A stretch of 63,991 nt of DNA, filler included. It is 7 parts of 7 records of this genome, joined end to end, with 100 filler letters (N's around TTAATTAATTAA, not from the genome) between each part and the next. Parts side by side here need not be neighbours in the genome. Positions count along the whole stretch, not along the records: positions 1 to 20,984 come from DRR378314_1325; positions 21,085 to 26,269 come from DRR378314_1328; positions 26,370 to 31,722 come from DRR378314_1334; 4 more parts are not named here. The stretch is one strand, 5' to 3'. The notes under the pieces were generated by a model that saw only the letters and a list, made by a program, of their open reading frames with translations, was not told the DNA's origin and did no database searches. The translations under genes and the position numbers were made by a program. Of this stretch, positions 19,901 through 30,501 are shown one piece after another; the stretch's first letter is position 1; each line of letters opens with the position of its first letter.

Positions 19901-20356
19901 AAGGCGGATCAACGCCCACGAAGAAGAGGTGGGTGCGAGCTTAAAGACCTGTACAGGTTTCAAAGCATCTATGCGTTCTTCGAACAACGACTTAAATCCA
20001 GAAGTCGGAGAATAGGTCGAAACCAGAACATCTACCCGGGCTGGCGGCGTGTCTGATGGATTGTTTGACAGCGCAAGCACAAGCTCTGTAGCGTTTGCAA
20101 CACTCCCTCCGAAACTAATCACTATATCTACAGGCTCGTCGTCAAAGATGTCGAATCGAGCGATCGTGCTTGCATCGCCGTCCAATAAGTCGGCAATGGA
20201 CGACAAATGTTCTGGGGCGGTTAGATCGTATTCAACTCCGGCATTCTGGAGCGTCAAAAGCGACTTCGCATCTTCTTGAGCGGACGCAGAGCGGTAGAAA
20301 ACTGTACCAGCGAAAAATACGATAAGAAGTAAACAAGAGATACGTGCAGAACACAT
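13913..20356 (-). CDS. Giant exported multidomain protein (~2147 aa): discoidin-like, transglutaminase-like, TPR-like, EPNN-type, 2x VWA, peptidoglycan-binding
   Basis: Likely start ATG 20356 with signal peptide ending ASA-QE; FNCVSS/DHAFS/DVETT triad; long helical repeats; EQEPNNT; MIDAS motifs DTSGS and DLSGS; C-terminal IQTKLAVLGIDVGPPDNVAGLATQRSI. Confidence 0.85.
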   Translation of the reverse strand: MCSARISCLLLIVFFAGTVFYRSASAQEDAKSLLTLQNAGVEYDLTAPEHLSSIADLLDGDASTIARFDIFDDEPVDIVISFGGSVANATELVLALSNNPSDTPPARVDVLVSTYSPTSGFKSLFEERIDALKPVQVFKLAPTSSSWALIRLFPATDQNSFALTDMWLMGLDGPAEPLYAFGEAPATAITMIEELEAFGEIGFALTSAEQDIFERAKTETLETRELEEIALLASGIVIPADRDAYRAELDEVETQIRADLDVKAPPIELGASLLNWLHENTFANGYRLQQTDVSTVLDQGIFNCVSSAALYNILGWRLGLDLRTIEVPDHAFSILYDGIDHVDVETTTKRGFAPAREQIDEFRELTGFNYIPQSNKDLRREIDRNGTAALIYYNHGVEFHRDGKFREALLANFRAMSLDPEFSSAVTNGLAALSGWARSLGQAGEWEQATAVAALGRRLSADDEILAANQRAVWSKWADSLSASGDYVAALEVLERATQESPDQNFDPDRVAVFLRPAEAAISRGEWEQALAISNRALDLLEGPAQSEVGQWRSNLYLRQARSLIDVKDYEVTADLLMQGLDADADPKSVQRLARYLAQEWAKDSSGIVEGLSRIADLSDRFASLAQLDGVAESFAINQINMGLATRTLEETMALAQEVQPLIARAGSDFDAGAHAYNVYGRALIDGEDWQAAAELHSNGLSAHPDDYYLSRNARYVAQRWQAAALSDGGTAGLEAVNAALRKLLPSFAIDPGFEENEIIRKVNAQMRDGDYDGAESFLTSAQLLLSPASFHKLRVLIIDRRAQLAMNGKDWEAAATLYSNGRSELDDAQLFSNNVAYVAQEWTRSAGAETGAQGVATAAENLGILFPGDNKVAKMGTRTIQKLISEAVRSGEIDLAKTQLASARPFLSPKDFESSTVVLYRDWGNTRLEQSDWQGALLAYAAGLELVPDSRDLRRNVPYTFQEWSKSALNAAGAAGLIVAIGEMEQTFPDKKSLSDVLDNVLSGRIEGMINDDRPDAALKLTDDVAVVLDPDTTHDIKVYAYENWARLYFNNDGWQRAVEIYDQGLEDVGKSSLLENNRRYAQSKADEAALAPPPERPSGPLDTLDADDLEAVPKFLKAWLDRDGYSGWDSPAVKVNLAASAFGGRVTPKSSRENGTLSPAYLNDGMPTTIGHTGLGGCNICGWMSGENSPLSSLQVTFSGERASAVSAVVIDTALVEFSPFPFFYTPTQVSIFAREAQSAQFALVSKAIIPKEGRRNLIPLPDGLIAQAIRIDILGTHLDHAPALAEVEVWEAFENINDSLVKDIPANLLSPTLGGRLISFTSSGREGPNALLLADYPKIWESKGNHLPQEMVFAFGDYENVFVEDLRLHFPSAAPIGERPARIAVEVTDQDRVTNMRTVFEGPIDSRGDNFEIPLKTDARLLRIRILDRNDPEARKTVLGSVQLLEGRRADYVPMAFRPLLDQSFASDSSSTLQPTLTEQEPNNTLHTAQRLAENQRIVGAAASFSDADVFALPAASKDATVLSLDLKGLPDMRHALDLLDGNGAVLATFTPAEVRGAQSELTFDLDQPISAISLRPSGVTSVLIWDTSGSMDGSEQELEGAVRNFILTLPEWHRVQLIRFSKDVEILTTEFTSNKEVLIKALEGKFEPDGATRLHDAIKTGLDLLDSSAGRRGLILFGDGIDSASDISYGDFWSEIRNTTAKLYTIGMGSDFASFSSRLAGTGTQLFDALARETNGRSYFANDSKSLDTYFAAISQDLEAPAYYDIAFRYGHGTGYLIVETSGEDLPPETMPQTHVIMDLSGSMSQRLANGQTKIAAAKNAFQDLLDSIPDNASFGLTVYGAQIPEKRGKDVACRDIETLVPVSPLNRDELGSLIAGMEPIGGTTPLVESIAAVAGNGGLPKGSNLVVITDGVEECVDDPIAALAKMRDVELNRLDFSLIGFDLRDKVALDSISGMAKAGGGTFYDASNAAAVSEAMKNAFAASVLVRDSAQRVIAREKVDGGWIALSSGSYLVEIAKANGALVLREVRIVDGAATRINLKKTGDIVEATVVPPEAFDPSESCGIAAADRPVEELVKRIQTKLAVLGIDVGPPDNVAGLATQRSIEAFLAEHAIDEKPEVSMRIEQHLDCVISFGEPYSIAER

Positions 20357-20984
20357 TGACCTATACCCCTTGATTAGAGGCGCTGTGTGCTTGATCAGAA
20401 AGTTTGAATTAAACCTGACATCGTCCGGCTCTGAGCGTCGTTCCCGGAAGCCGGTCGGAGAATTGCGCGCCCTACTCAGAAGTTGTTCAAGTCCTTCGCA
20501 GTATTCGTTCAAACTCTGATAAAATTTCATTTCGTCCGCCCTCAGATGAACTGCAATGCGCTCAAGTGTTTACCGCCTCATCTACTTCGGAACCAAACAG
20601 GCGACCCCTTGATACTATGCGTGTTCGATATATTACGTCCAGTTTGTCACCGAAACTTACAACTTGGCCTAATGCGCAGTGAAATGTTTCGTGTGGAAAG
20701 GGTTTCACAGCTATGCTTGCAAACGCTGCAAGAAGCCATCAGTGCACCATATACCGCGCAATCAAAGGCCGGTTGGGATTCTTCCTTGCCATTTGATCGT
20801 TAGCGAATGTCGGTTCTTGTTAACACTACAATGTAGATTGCTCACCCACAGCGAGGTTAGACTTTCCGAGCAACTTGTAGATCGACTTGTCCGCTTTCAG
20901 ACTTAAACAGCCGAATGTACCTGTGGCACTCAGGCAGCCCAACAGCTGCAGGTAAGGGCTCATCTGACCGAGACCTTTCAAGGC

Positions 20985-21084
20985 NNNNNNNNNNNNNNNN
21001 NNNNNNNNNNNNNNNNNNNNNNNNNNNNTTAATTAATTAANNNNNNNNNNNNNNNNNNNNNNNNNNNNNNNNNNNNNNNNNNNN
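20985..21084. other. Artificial contig-joining spacer; identical spacers at 26270-26369, 31723-31822, 45233-45332, 53262-53361 and 58603-58702
   Basis: N44 + TTAATTAATTAA (stops in all six frames) + N44. Confidence 0.99.
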
Positions 21085-21108
21085 TCTCTCTCTCTCTCTC
21101 TCTCTCTC
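21085..21108. repeat. (TC)n microsatellite at contig end
   Basis: Directly visible; likely cause of the assembly break. Confidence 0.95.
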
Positions 21109-21806
21109 ATGCACGGGTGCACACAGGTACCCAAGGAAATGAGACTGCTTCTTGCAGCTTGTCACACTCGTTGCTCTCTCATGCTGCTTCTAAGGCACGC
21201 TTCTCTCTGTGCGGTGTGGGGTCCAATACCGTACGTAAACTTTCGATGGGTTCGTGTGACAGAATCTACGTCGTAGGAGGAGTTGTAGCAAACTTCATCT
21301 GCGCTAGCATAGACGAGGCCTTGTACATGTACTCAAGGATAATGATCGAGTAGCATGTAAGCGCGAGATAATGTTCTTCTTCTTCGGAAGCTAGGGCGTG
21401 AGGGTGCCGCTGTGGAACCACACCACGCTCCCCTTTGGTGTGCATTCGTCGGCTCCAGAACGTAGAATGGAGAGTGGAATGCACAGGTGCAATCTATTAG
21501 ACAAACTGCAAAGTGCGCAATAGGTTGAACAAGTTTGGGAACGGGTGCTTGGGGAATCGGCTGGATGAAAGCGGAAATTAAGCCACCTGGGCACCAACGC
21601 TCTCTTGCCAGGTATACACACTATCGAAAAGGTCTACACTGGGGTGCTACTTCACCTGTTCGGAGTCTGGGTATGGACACGACGTGCAATTGCAGAACTT
21701 TAAGTTCGTCAGCACAGCGCACATTCGTTTTAACTTTTTTGCTCGACAACTCACCGGTTGACACACATGCTTACCAAATACTCCTCGTTTTCGTTTTGTT
21801 TTGCAG

Positions 21807-24800
21807 CCATTGCTTGCGAAAGCGGGACTTGTGTGTGCATTTTCCAGCAGACTACGGGAGGGACATGCGAGCACAGTCTACAGTCGCCGCCGGTCGAGAC
21901 AACAGGCTGCTCTCGTACGTTGCATTGCAATAGAATCTTCGTTCACAGGGCTGGGCAAGGAACAGAAAGGTTTCTCTTCGAAATTGTGTGATTCCTCTTT
22001 ATCCAATCTATTCTGATTACGAACAGATCAGGACGGTAATACGTTCTTCTATGCGGACACTTGTGTTGCTGGATGAAATGGCCTGTGCTTACCTTGTATC
22101 TCGAAAGTTGGAGTAGGCCGACTGTGGTCACACATCGCAACAGCTTTCCATGGCAACGTGATCCGCAGTTTGCACAAGACAATCTGTAGGGTTGGTTTTA
22201 TGTCGCTTGGTTATGAATAATGCGATCAGTAAGGAACTGAAACTATTGCAGTTGCACAGCAGTATGTTGCGGCAGCTCCACCTCTATTGTAAAAATCGTG
22301 CGCCGGGCCAGCCTGGACTTTTGCCTCCTCTCCTCCCAAGGACCATGTACCAGCCCGTTTCCCCGAAAATAACGTGATTTCCGGTGGCAGAACACATAGT
22401 GTCATTTTGGAACTGCGATTCATATTTTGATCGAGGCCACTTTGTGGCTCTCATCCTGATCTGTTGTGTAGTCCCGCCCAGAATAGGACTTGCTGTCGTA
22501 CCTCGAAGGCTGGATGCGAGCGAGGCACCAGGGTCAGTATGGCGTACAGACCCACCAGGTTCTTACCCAGCGCTTTACTTCGCTCCTCGTACCAAGCTGC
22601 AGCGGAATCTAAGTATTGGTTTTGCAAGGAAACGATGCATTTGATGTAGTGTGAGAAGTTCTACGAAGGACGCCCTAACGAATGCAAAACCATTTGGCGC
22701 ACACTGGTGGCAAAGGAGAGTATGCTTGCGATGCACCCCGGCTCTCTTGCGCGCGCCCGTGCTGCGGGCAAAGGTGCTGCATCATTGTAAAATTTTTGCA
22801 CTGCCGCTCAGTCCTCGCCTTTATGAGCGTTATGTAGCTGTGATAAATTTAATGCATGTAGACAGTGGGAAACAGTATGCTACAAAAGTGTCTACATGAT
22901 GCATAGCCTTGTGTCGGCATACACATCGTACATTGCGGACCTGTGTTTCGCCCTTCGTTCACCTGCGCACGCTCCTGGGTTTGGCTATGAATGTATGTAA
23001 GGTGTGCAGTGATATCAGTTGCTCCCTTTCCTGTGCTCACTTCTGCATGCCGTTTTGCACGCTGCAGCTGGATGCTCCGCAAACGCTGTTTGCGTGCAGA
23101 GTGTTGGAGGCGAGCCAGTCTGCGCTTGTGTGGTACGTGTTTCCGTCTCCTTTCCCGGGTGAAGAATGCCGCGAATCTGTTCAACGACACGTGCTCAACG
23201 AGCGTGATTGCAGGCCATTCATTTTGCCTTGATCTTGGAGAATTTTCTACGGGTAGAGCCCGATTGGTTCTTAGCCACACAATTGTAAAAATTTCCAGAC
23301 TCTCATACGTTTAGCGGTTGAGGCTGCCCTTGCAAACCTCTCCTGTTCAGCCCGCCACATGCGACGCGCGTGTCTTGCCGCCTTGTAAGATCTTGGGCAC
23401 GGGAACTGTACTGTTCTGCAACGTCTTCTGTTCACCGTCACTGCTGGCGCAGTCAGGATACACAGGAGAGGATTGCGACGTAAGCGTGGACCCTGTCGTA
23501 TTTGGCATGCCACCTCGTGGGACGTCACCTGTGGCTGCGGCGTCGGGGAGTGCGTCAACGGACGGAACTGGAACCAGCAGTCCGCCAACGCCTGATCAGG
23601 GCGTCGCCACATGTCCTGGCGTCCCGCCGTGCTCTGGGCATGGAGATTGCTACGGGGTAGGTCTGCAACATGAGAACGGGATGCACTGCTTTGCAGCGTT
23701 CACCAGTACGGGGCCAAAAGGGTGTGTGTGAAACGACTATAGCACATTCTGTTTTGGTTAGGTGAAATACTGCAGCTATGGAGTCTAGTCCCTGTTCGCC
23801 AAGCGTGTGCGACAAAGCGGCTGGTGCGCGCTCGTGTGCCGCGGGCTCTGTGCGTGCGGCACACGACGGGGTGCGGCGACTTGCCGATGGGCAGCATACG
23901 CATACAGCTGTACACGCATATAGCTGTATTCACCCTTTACTTGTTAAGTTCCCTTGGTCAATATGCGGTACCCGGTTCTTGGCCGCGACATACTATAGCG
24001 GACACAGCCAGCCAGGCAGATTTAGTATTTGGGGCTGGCGCTCACCAGTGCACATCCTGCACTGCGCGATTCCAGGGCTCCTGTTTCTGTCATACAGGAT
24101 ACTCTGGAGCGGACTGTGCAATGTCGAATCCGAACGCCGGCCAAACTGCTAACTGCCCCGGAACTCCAGCGTACGTTGGCACATGATCATACAGGAGCAC
24201 GATCTATAGATACCGGACATCTTGTAAATTGTGGTGGTTCGGCGAGAACAAGCCATGGCTGGCTTCTTCGAGATTGTTGGATTCGCTGCGTCTTTCCGTT
24301 GCGTGATCAGTGGGCGGCGGATTCCTTCATCTGGCCAGGACGTGAAGCGAAAAATAGGAATCATCATATTGGACAAACGAAAGAGTTTTGATACATAGAT
24401 GCAATCTACAAACGTCCGGAATGTAGCCGACGGCCGTGGGCGCGCACTGCACAATGTCGCCCCACCGGACTATTGCGTGGCCACTCTTGAACCCAGCGTG
24501 CTCTTCCCCCTTCCATTTCAATATTATTTAAATTTGAGAGTAATTGTGTGGTTTACACTGCACCAATTGGTGATTCGTGCAGATGCTCGGGACAAGGAAC
24601 TTGTTTGAGCTCCGGGTGCCAGTGCTTTGCGCGGTACTCCGGAGCAGCGTGCGACCAGTTTGTTCCTTGCCCAGGTACGCGCCGTCCCAAGGACCACTGC
24701 CGCCAGTGCCAAGGGCGTGCATCTGCCAAGCTGGCTCAGTATTCGTACATTCTTTGGTGTGACGGAAAATGCACCAATGAATACCAGAATTTCCCCCCTC

Positions 24801-26076
24801 TTGCGATAGCGCGTGTAATGTGCTTGCACTTTGATAGTACGGCGTTGGAAACTTGTGTCTTCGCATCGTTTGCGGCTGAGGAAGTGCGTCGGCGAGCGTG
24901 TTGGGAGCTGGCTGGCTCACGGTGCAGATCACCCTATCCTTCATGCGGCGTCTTTGTATCGACCTTGATGGCATGATGTAGGGACACCACCGTGCAACGG
25001 ACATGGTACCTGTAGTGCTGATGGCTTCTGCGAATGCACCGGAGGTTGGTATGGGGAGCAGTGCAATGTGCCTCCTGTCGCAGCCCCATCCTCTGGCTCG
25101 CAGGCTCCCGATGTCCCCACGTCTCCTCGATACTGCACAGGAGACCCGGTAAGTTGCAAGGGAGAGTAACCGCATGTCCATACAGGTTTTACGTACATGG
25201 TGTTGGATTCGTGTGAATGTTGCTGGCGAAGAGGAGTTTTGGAGCTTTGGAGCTTTGGAGTGATTCGCAACCTGTTGCGTCGAGGAACTCGAGCGCGCCG
25301 CGCAACTTTGGGCCCCCCGTTCTCGCTGTGCAAAATGACCTACGCACAGTGCAGGGCGGGCACCGACCCTTGCGTCGCGTCCTCTCTGTGTCATGGTTTG
25401 GTAAAGTAGCACATGCATCTGCGACCATACAACGTTGACCGAGTTTGTGCGGTTTGCAAGTGATATGTGGAGCGGATGAGTGCATGTGCGCCTTGTCTTG
25501 CTCTCCGCGCTTTGCAGGTCTGTTCTGGGCGCGGAACATGCGTGGAAGGAAAGTGCAGCTGTGTTACAGATTTTTTTGGGCTGGATTGCTCGTTATTCCG
25601 CGGTCCCATTACATACACTTCGCAGGTAAGTAGATGATAGGAAAACTCCCCAACGTCTTTCGCTATGTGATGGCTGATCCTTGGGAAGGACAGGGTGGGC
25701 GGCCATTGGATGTGCAAAGCTGGCGCGAGCCAAGAATCTACTGCCGCAGCCGCTTGTGGCGTCCTCCGCGACTAAATGCACCATGCAGCTATCGTTGCAC
25801 ACGGCTCGGGCTGTATGACGACGAGATCTCGCAGTGGAGCTGCATTGTATGCAACTTAGGGTTCCAGTTTGCAGCCGAGCTTTATAAGGCGATTTCATGA
25901 AAAGCGCACTGCTGAGCACCAGACCTGCGTGCTGTGCTGTGCAGAACCAACCAACGATTCGCACCGTCGCCTTTGAGCAGTGGCACTACTATGGATTCTA
26001 CGTACCGGAAACAATGTCCAACCCTCTGTTTCTTGAGGTTCGCATTGTGCAACGGCAGTCATCAACCTCTCCGCAG
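21807..26076 (+). CDS. Eukaryotic EGF-like (tenascin-type) repeat protein, spliced, partial
   Basis: Phase-consistent GT-AG exons 23453-23656, 24076-24170, 24583-24674, 24982-25148, 25518-25625 and 25945-26076 give CPGxPxCSGHGxC..G.C.C..GY.GxxC repeats. An additional EGF-like exon lies at 21807-21914. Both ends unresolved. Confidence 0.85.
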
Positions 26077-26802
26077 GTGAGCTTGAGCGCATTTTTGGTG
26101 CTGTAAATTACGGCGGATTTTGACGGTCCACTCCCACTGTTGCCGGTCAGCACCGTGGGCGGAAATTCTCGCAAGGAAATGCACAAACGTACCGAGGCGG
26201 CAGCGACCCCACGAGAAGTGCACAAGCCGAATGTTTAGACGCGTGTAATTGGTTCTTACACGCAGATGANNNNNNNNNNNNNNNNNNNNNNNNNNNNNNN
26301 NNNNNNNNNNNNNTTAATTAATTAANNNNNNNNNNNNNNNNNNNNNNNNNNNNNNNNNNNNNNNNNNNNAAATGGTCAGACAGAGGCAAAAAGCCTTCTA
26401 TCCTACACTTTAGAAAAGGAGCTCTCTCCACACCTTACAATGTGCGCTGCTCTCCCTTCCCCCCCCCGTACCAGACGGTAGCACAACTGAGCGTGTCTTC
26501 CAGCACACTGCAGTGAAAACGGGATACCTGCCTTCCGAGAATCAAACCGACCCAGTGTCAGTCATGTATGCTAATTTCTAGGTGGACGATCGCCACACGC
26601 GCAGGCAGTGGGCGGGAGTTGGTCAGCGCGGCCTTCCGACCACATCTCCAAATAGGCTGTGCTTGCCGCTTGCGTCCGCAATTGCCCGCCAGCGATCTAC
26701 GGATTAGATTCTCCTACTTTCCGGAAGAAGCTATTACATTACGTCACAACACAACAATTTTAATCGGACTAGCGGTACTGCGGGAATTCGTCATGGACGT
26801 AC

Positions 26803-29800
26803 GAGTTTCGTTTTCATGTTTCTTTCGCGCTCCTTGCGCTGGCGTTCCCGTTCTGCCTGTTCGAATTCCTCGGCTTGCTTGCGAAACAGCTCGGCCTGCC
26901 GGCGCTCCTCCTCGCGCTCAGCCTGTCGCTGCTGTTCCTTGAGCATCATCTGGCGATCTAAGAACGAGCGTGTTTCTTTTTGCGCCTGCTCCCGCGCTTG
27001 TTCACGCAGGAGAAGTTGTCTGAACAAACACAATGTTTCATGCGAAGACAGCATATCAGCATTGTGACGCAACGCGACCACGCTCGCGCTGTCGACTGAA
27101 GTTTAGCTTCGCAGAATCGCTCCAGCAATGACTCACTTGTGGCATACTTTCCGTCGCATGACGAAAACGAAGCCAGGATTGGCTGGATCTTTGCTCAGAA
27201 AGAAACATGCCGCTGTCGTGAATCCTTTTGCTCTGGCTCTGCTTCTCAGTTGCAAACGCGGGTGTCCAGCACGCGATTGTCTGTGCGCGAATATTGGCAC
27301 AGCAAATGTACGACGTAGGGCGACGGCGCGTTGCACGCCTTCTGCGATTTGGGGTCAGATGAACAGATATCAGGCCTGCTACAGCGGCGACGGGGTTCCC
27401 GGTTCTGTGCCACTTTCAACGCAAAAGCATGCTTTGAACGCACCGCAAGCGCTCTTCCTCGGCAGCGCGCTGGGCCGCAGCGGCGCGCTCTTCATCCTCT
27501 TTCGCTTTTTGCTCAACTATATTCTGCGTCTTCTCTCCCATGGCCACAAGTCGCTGCTGTCGAGAATATATTTTTTGAAGTGCTTCCGCGCGTTGTTTTT
27601 CTTCCTTCTCAAGGCGTTCCAGGTATTCGGCCTGTTCCAGCGAAGCCCCACAAAACGCAGCCGTGTTGAGGAAGGGGCCAGGCAAAGCGGCAGGTACTGC
27701 CCTGTACACACTGGCACAATCCTATGCCTACGCGGACTGAATACCCAATATCCGTGGTCGAAATCGCAGTCAAGAAGCCATTGACGCAAACAATATGGTA
27801 CGGCTAAACGAAAGGAGAGCCTACGTACGCGGCGGCACAAGGTGGCGTGCAGAGTAACTGGCACTGTATTGCACGTACCTGTAGCCTACGATCCTCTTCA
27901 GCCTCTTTTTGCTTTTGAAGAGCCCGTATTCTCTGGTTCTCTTCATTTGCTTTCATCACTTTTTGCATTTCTTTTGCCTTTGCTTCCCTGACGGCCCGCT
28001 CCTTTTGACGTATGTTGATACAGTGCAACGAGCAACGGCAAGCGGCACAAGAACGCGTACCAAGAGGTGGGCAAGTGTGCGAGCAGGAGTGCGAAATGCT
28101 GGCATGGATAACTTACCATGCAAACGCGAAGAGTTGCGCCACTGAATCACCTTACACAGCGGGATATTATACGCATATGCACTGTGATATATAAAACAAT
28201 CCTGAACCCCGCATCTCAAGATTAGTTGCTTGCAATCCCGTGACTTGCGAGGAGAGCGCACACGGTGCCAGGAGCGCCATGGCCGTGCAAGCCACAGCAG
28301 GGAACCCATCTGCACAGGTGCACCACACACACGTCAGAATTCACCGGTGCGGATAGCGCCAAGGGAGCAACGCGCGCTCGTTGTGAGAATATCGCAAACC
28401 TTTTCTTTCGCTTTCAGCAATTCTTTCCGAATTTTTTCAAGTTCATCTTCCTCCTTTTTCCGCTGCTTCTCCCTTTCTGCACGGCGAAGCTCTTCGCGCA
28501 CTCGAAGTTGCCGATCTCGTTCTCTCTGGACGCGATTGGTACAGGAGGCAGAGCGTGGTGTGTCAGAGTGCATTGGAGACCGCCTTCAAGCGGGCTGCAT
28601 GCGTGTGCTGGTGCCAAGAGGGAGTGACTCGACAAAATAAGGAGACACAAAAGGAGCAGGTCCGCACGGAGAGACTTGTCGAGATCGACCTCCGAAAGAA
28701 TCGTCATTGTGAAGCGCGAACCTTTTCCTCAATGTGGCGCTTCATTGTCGACTGCTGCATCTCCTCGACCTCGCGTTTCCATTGTTGCACATCCTGGGTC
28801 ACAGAGGCACCATACTGCGCTTGTTGTTCTTTCTGTCTTTGCCGCAGTGCTTCAGCTTCCTTGATCTGCAGCGACAGAGACAGAAGAGCGGAATCAGAAG
28901 TTCGCCTACACGCGCTGGAGCGATGCGCCATCCGAGATAATGGCAGATGGACTCTAGGAACAGCGTGCGACGCGCCGTGAGTGCGCGTGAGCGAGCGCTC
29001 TGGAATGAAAAGACACAGTGATCCTCTCCAAGTAGCTCGCGCAGGCTGTCAATACACCCGCCTCGGCGGCATTGACGGCAGAATTGCGCTCAGAATGACG
29101 TTGCATGTGCTGCAGTGGGTCTTGATCTGCGTCTGAGCTTCTCGCGGAAGTACGCAGAAGGCCGTGTGGACACCGCAGCACCCCGCCCTGCTGACACCAT
29201 CCAAACATTCTCGCACGATCGTTTCATATCAACTGTCAATGAGCTTATCGCCAGGATGTAGACTACAGATACTGAAAGACGACCCGCGCCTGCGTTCCCT
29301 CGATCCCGCACAAGCTCTCTTGCTCGCGCTACGTGTACCGCAGTGGTAAAGAAATTACGAATGCCAGAGCCCCCAGCCTACACTGTACATCATCTTCATG
29401 CAACGCATGGCTGGTACAAAGTGTAAATCATTATCATCAAGATAATCAGAGAGGCAGTATTTCAAGAAGCGCAAACGCAATAGGTATCAACAGCGCCCGG
29501 AACTCACGCGCGACGACACACTGAGCAGCTACATCTTTGTACACGAGTACCACAACCTTCTCAGCAAGAAGCGTCTCCCGCAGTTGATATCAATGGCGAT
29601 TATATTTTCCTATTCTGCGCAAAATAAATGCATCAAATGGATTTATGAGTACCCAAGAGATTTACCTTGCAGCAAATAAGCACACGCTACGCAAAATTAT
29701 GCAGGGAGTAGCAGGCGCATGGACATGCAGCAGTACTTGAACTCTAGTGTCCTGCTCTGTAGTATCGTGCAGCACGTATCCGAGAGTGCTAGTCCGGACC

Positions 29801-30501
29801 ACTTCGTAGGTGAAATAGAACCGGTGTCTACTGTGAGTTCAAGTCGCAATCGCGCCTGTGCCGTATGCGAGAATTGAATATATCCTAAGGAAATTCGCTT
29901 CTGTCAGAGACTGCAGTAATGTCCGTATGCAAGACCTACGGCGGCGGCACAAGAATCTGGCACGTCAGCGCAAAGGCGCCGGTGCGTTCATGCGGCGTCG
30001 CGCGTCCGGGCATACCTGTTCATCCAGCGTCTTCCGCCACTGTTCCTGCATCTGCGCGTGCGTTTGCTTTTCACGTTTCAATCTCTCATAGTGCTCATTT
30101 ACCATTGCCTCTGTGATTTGAGACCATTTGTCGTCGGCATCGTGTTCCTGGCGCGGCCTCGCGTGCTGCTCTTTGCCGGAACGGAGCTCCCGCAGCGCTG
30201 TTTCGCGGACGCGCTCTTCCAGCGCAACAAGAGCGCCGGGGGTAACTTTGTCCTCCTTCAGTAAGCGCTCCACTTCCGAAACTATAAACCGTCCAGTTTC
30301 TGTGGACTGGGTAGTTTCTACAACGCAGTACTTGCTCTTCAGTTTGCGAATGAGCTGTGCCTTGAGTCGCTCCCTGCGAATATGCTCGCGGTTACGAGCT
30401 ACCTCGAGCTCGCGGCGTGTTGGTTTGCGGCGGCGCGAGCCGCGCACTTTGGTACCCGGAGGCACGTACTGCGTGGGTTTGATTGAACTTTTCTTTAACA
30501 T
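26803..30501 (-). CDS. Eukaryotic E/K/R/Q-rich coiled-coil protein (trichoplein/CFAP-like), spliced, 3' end unresolved
   Basis: Phase-consistent exons 30501-30016, 28865-28722, 28525-28400, 28001-27879, 27631-27444 and 27019-26803; DKW...LDEQIKE and LDRQM motifs resemble ciliary coiled-coil proteins. Confidence 0.75.

Noticed and set aside
20357-20530. N-terminal 58 aa of the 2205-aa ORF
   Set aside because: Signal peptide and RBS point to the ATG at 20356.
21029-21040. Recurring TTAATTAATTAA palindrome
   Set aside because: Synthetic all-frame-stop linker inside N spacers; not biological.
20985-21084. Apparent bacterium-to-eukaryote horizontal transfer junction
   Set aside because: The junction is an artificial spacer, and the bacterial contig shows no introns or eukaryotic flanks.
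25232-25260. TTTGGAGC short tandem repeat
   Set aside because: About three copies inside an intron; ordinary simple repeat.
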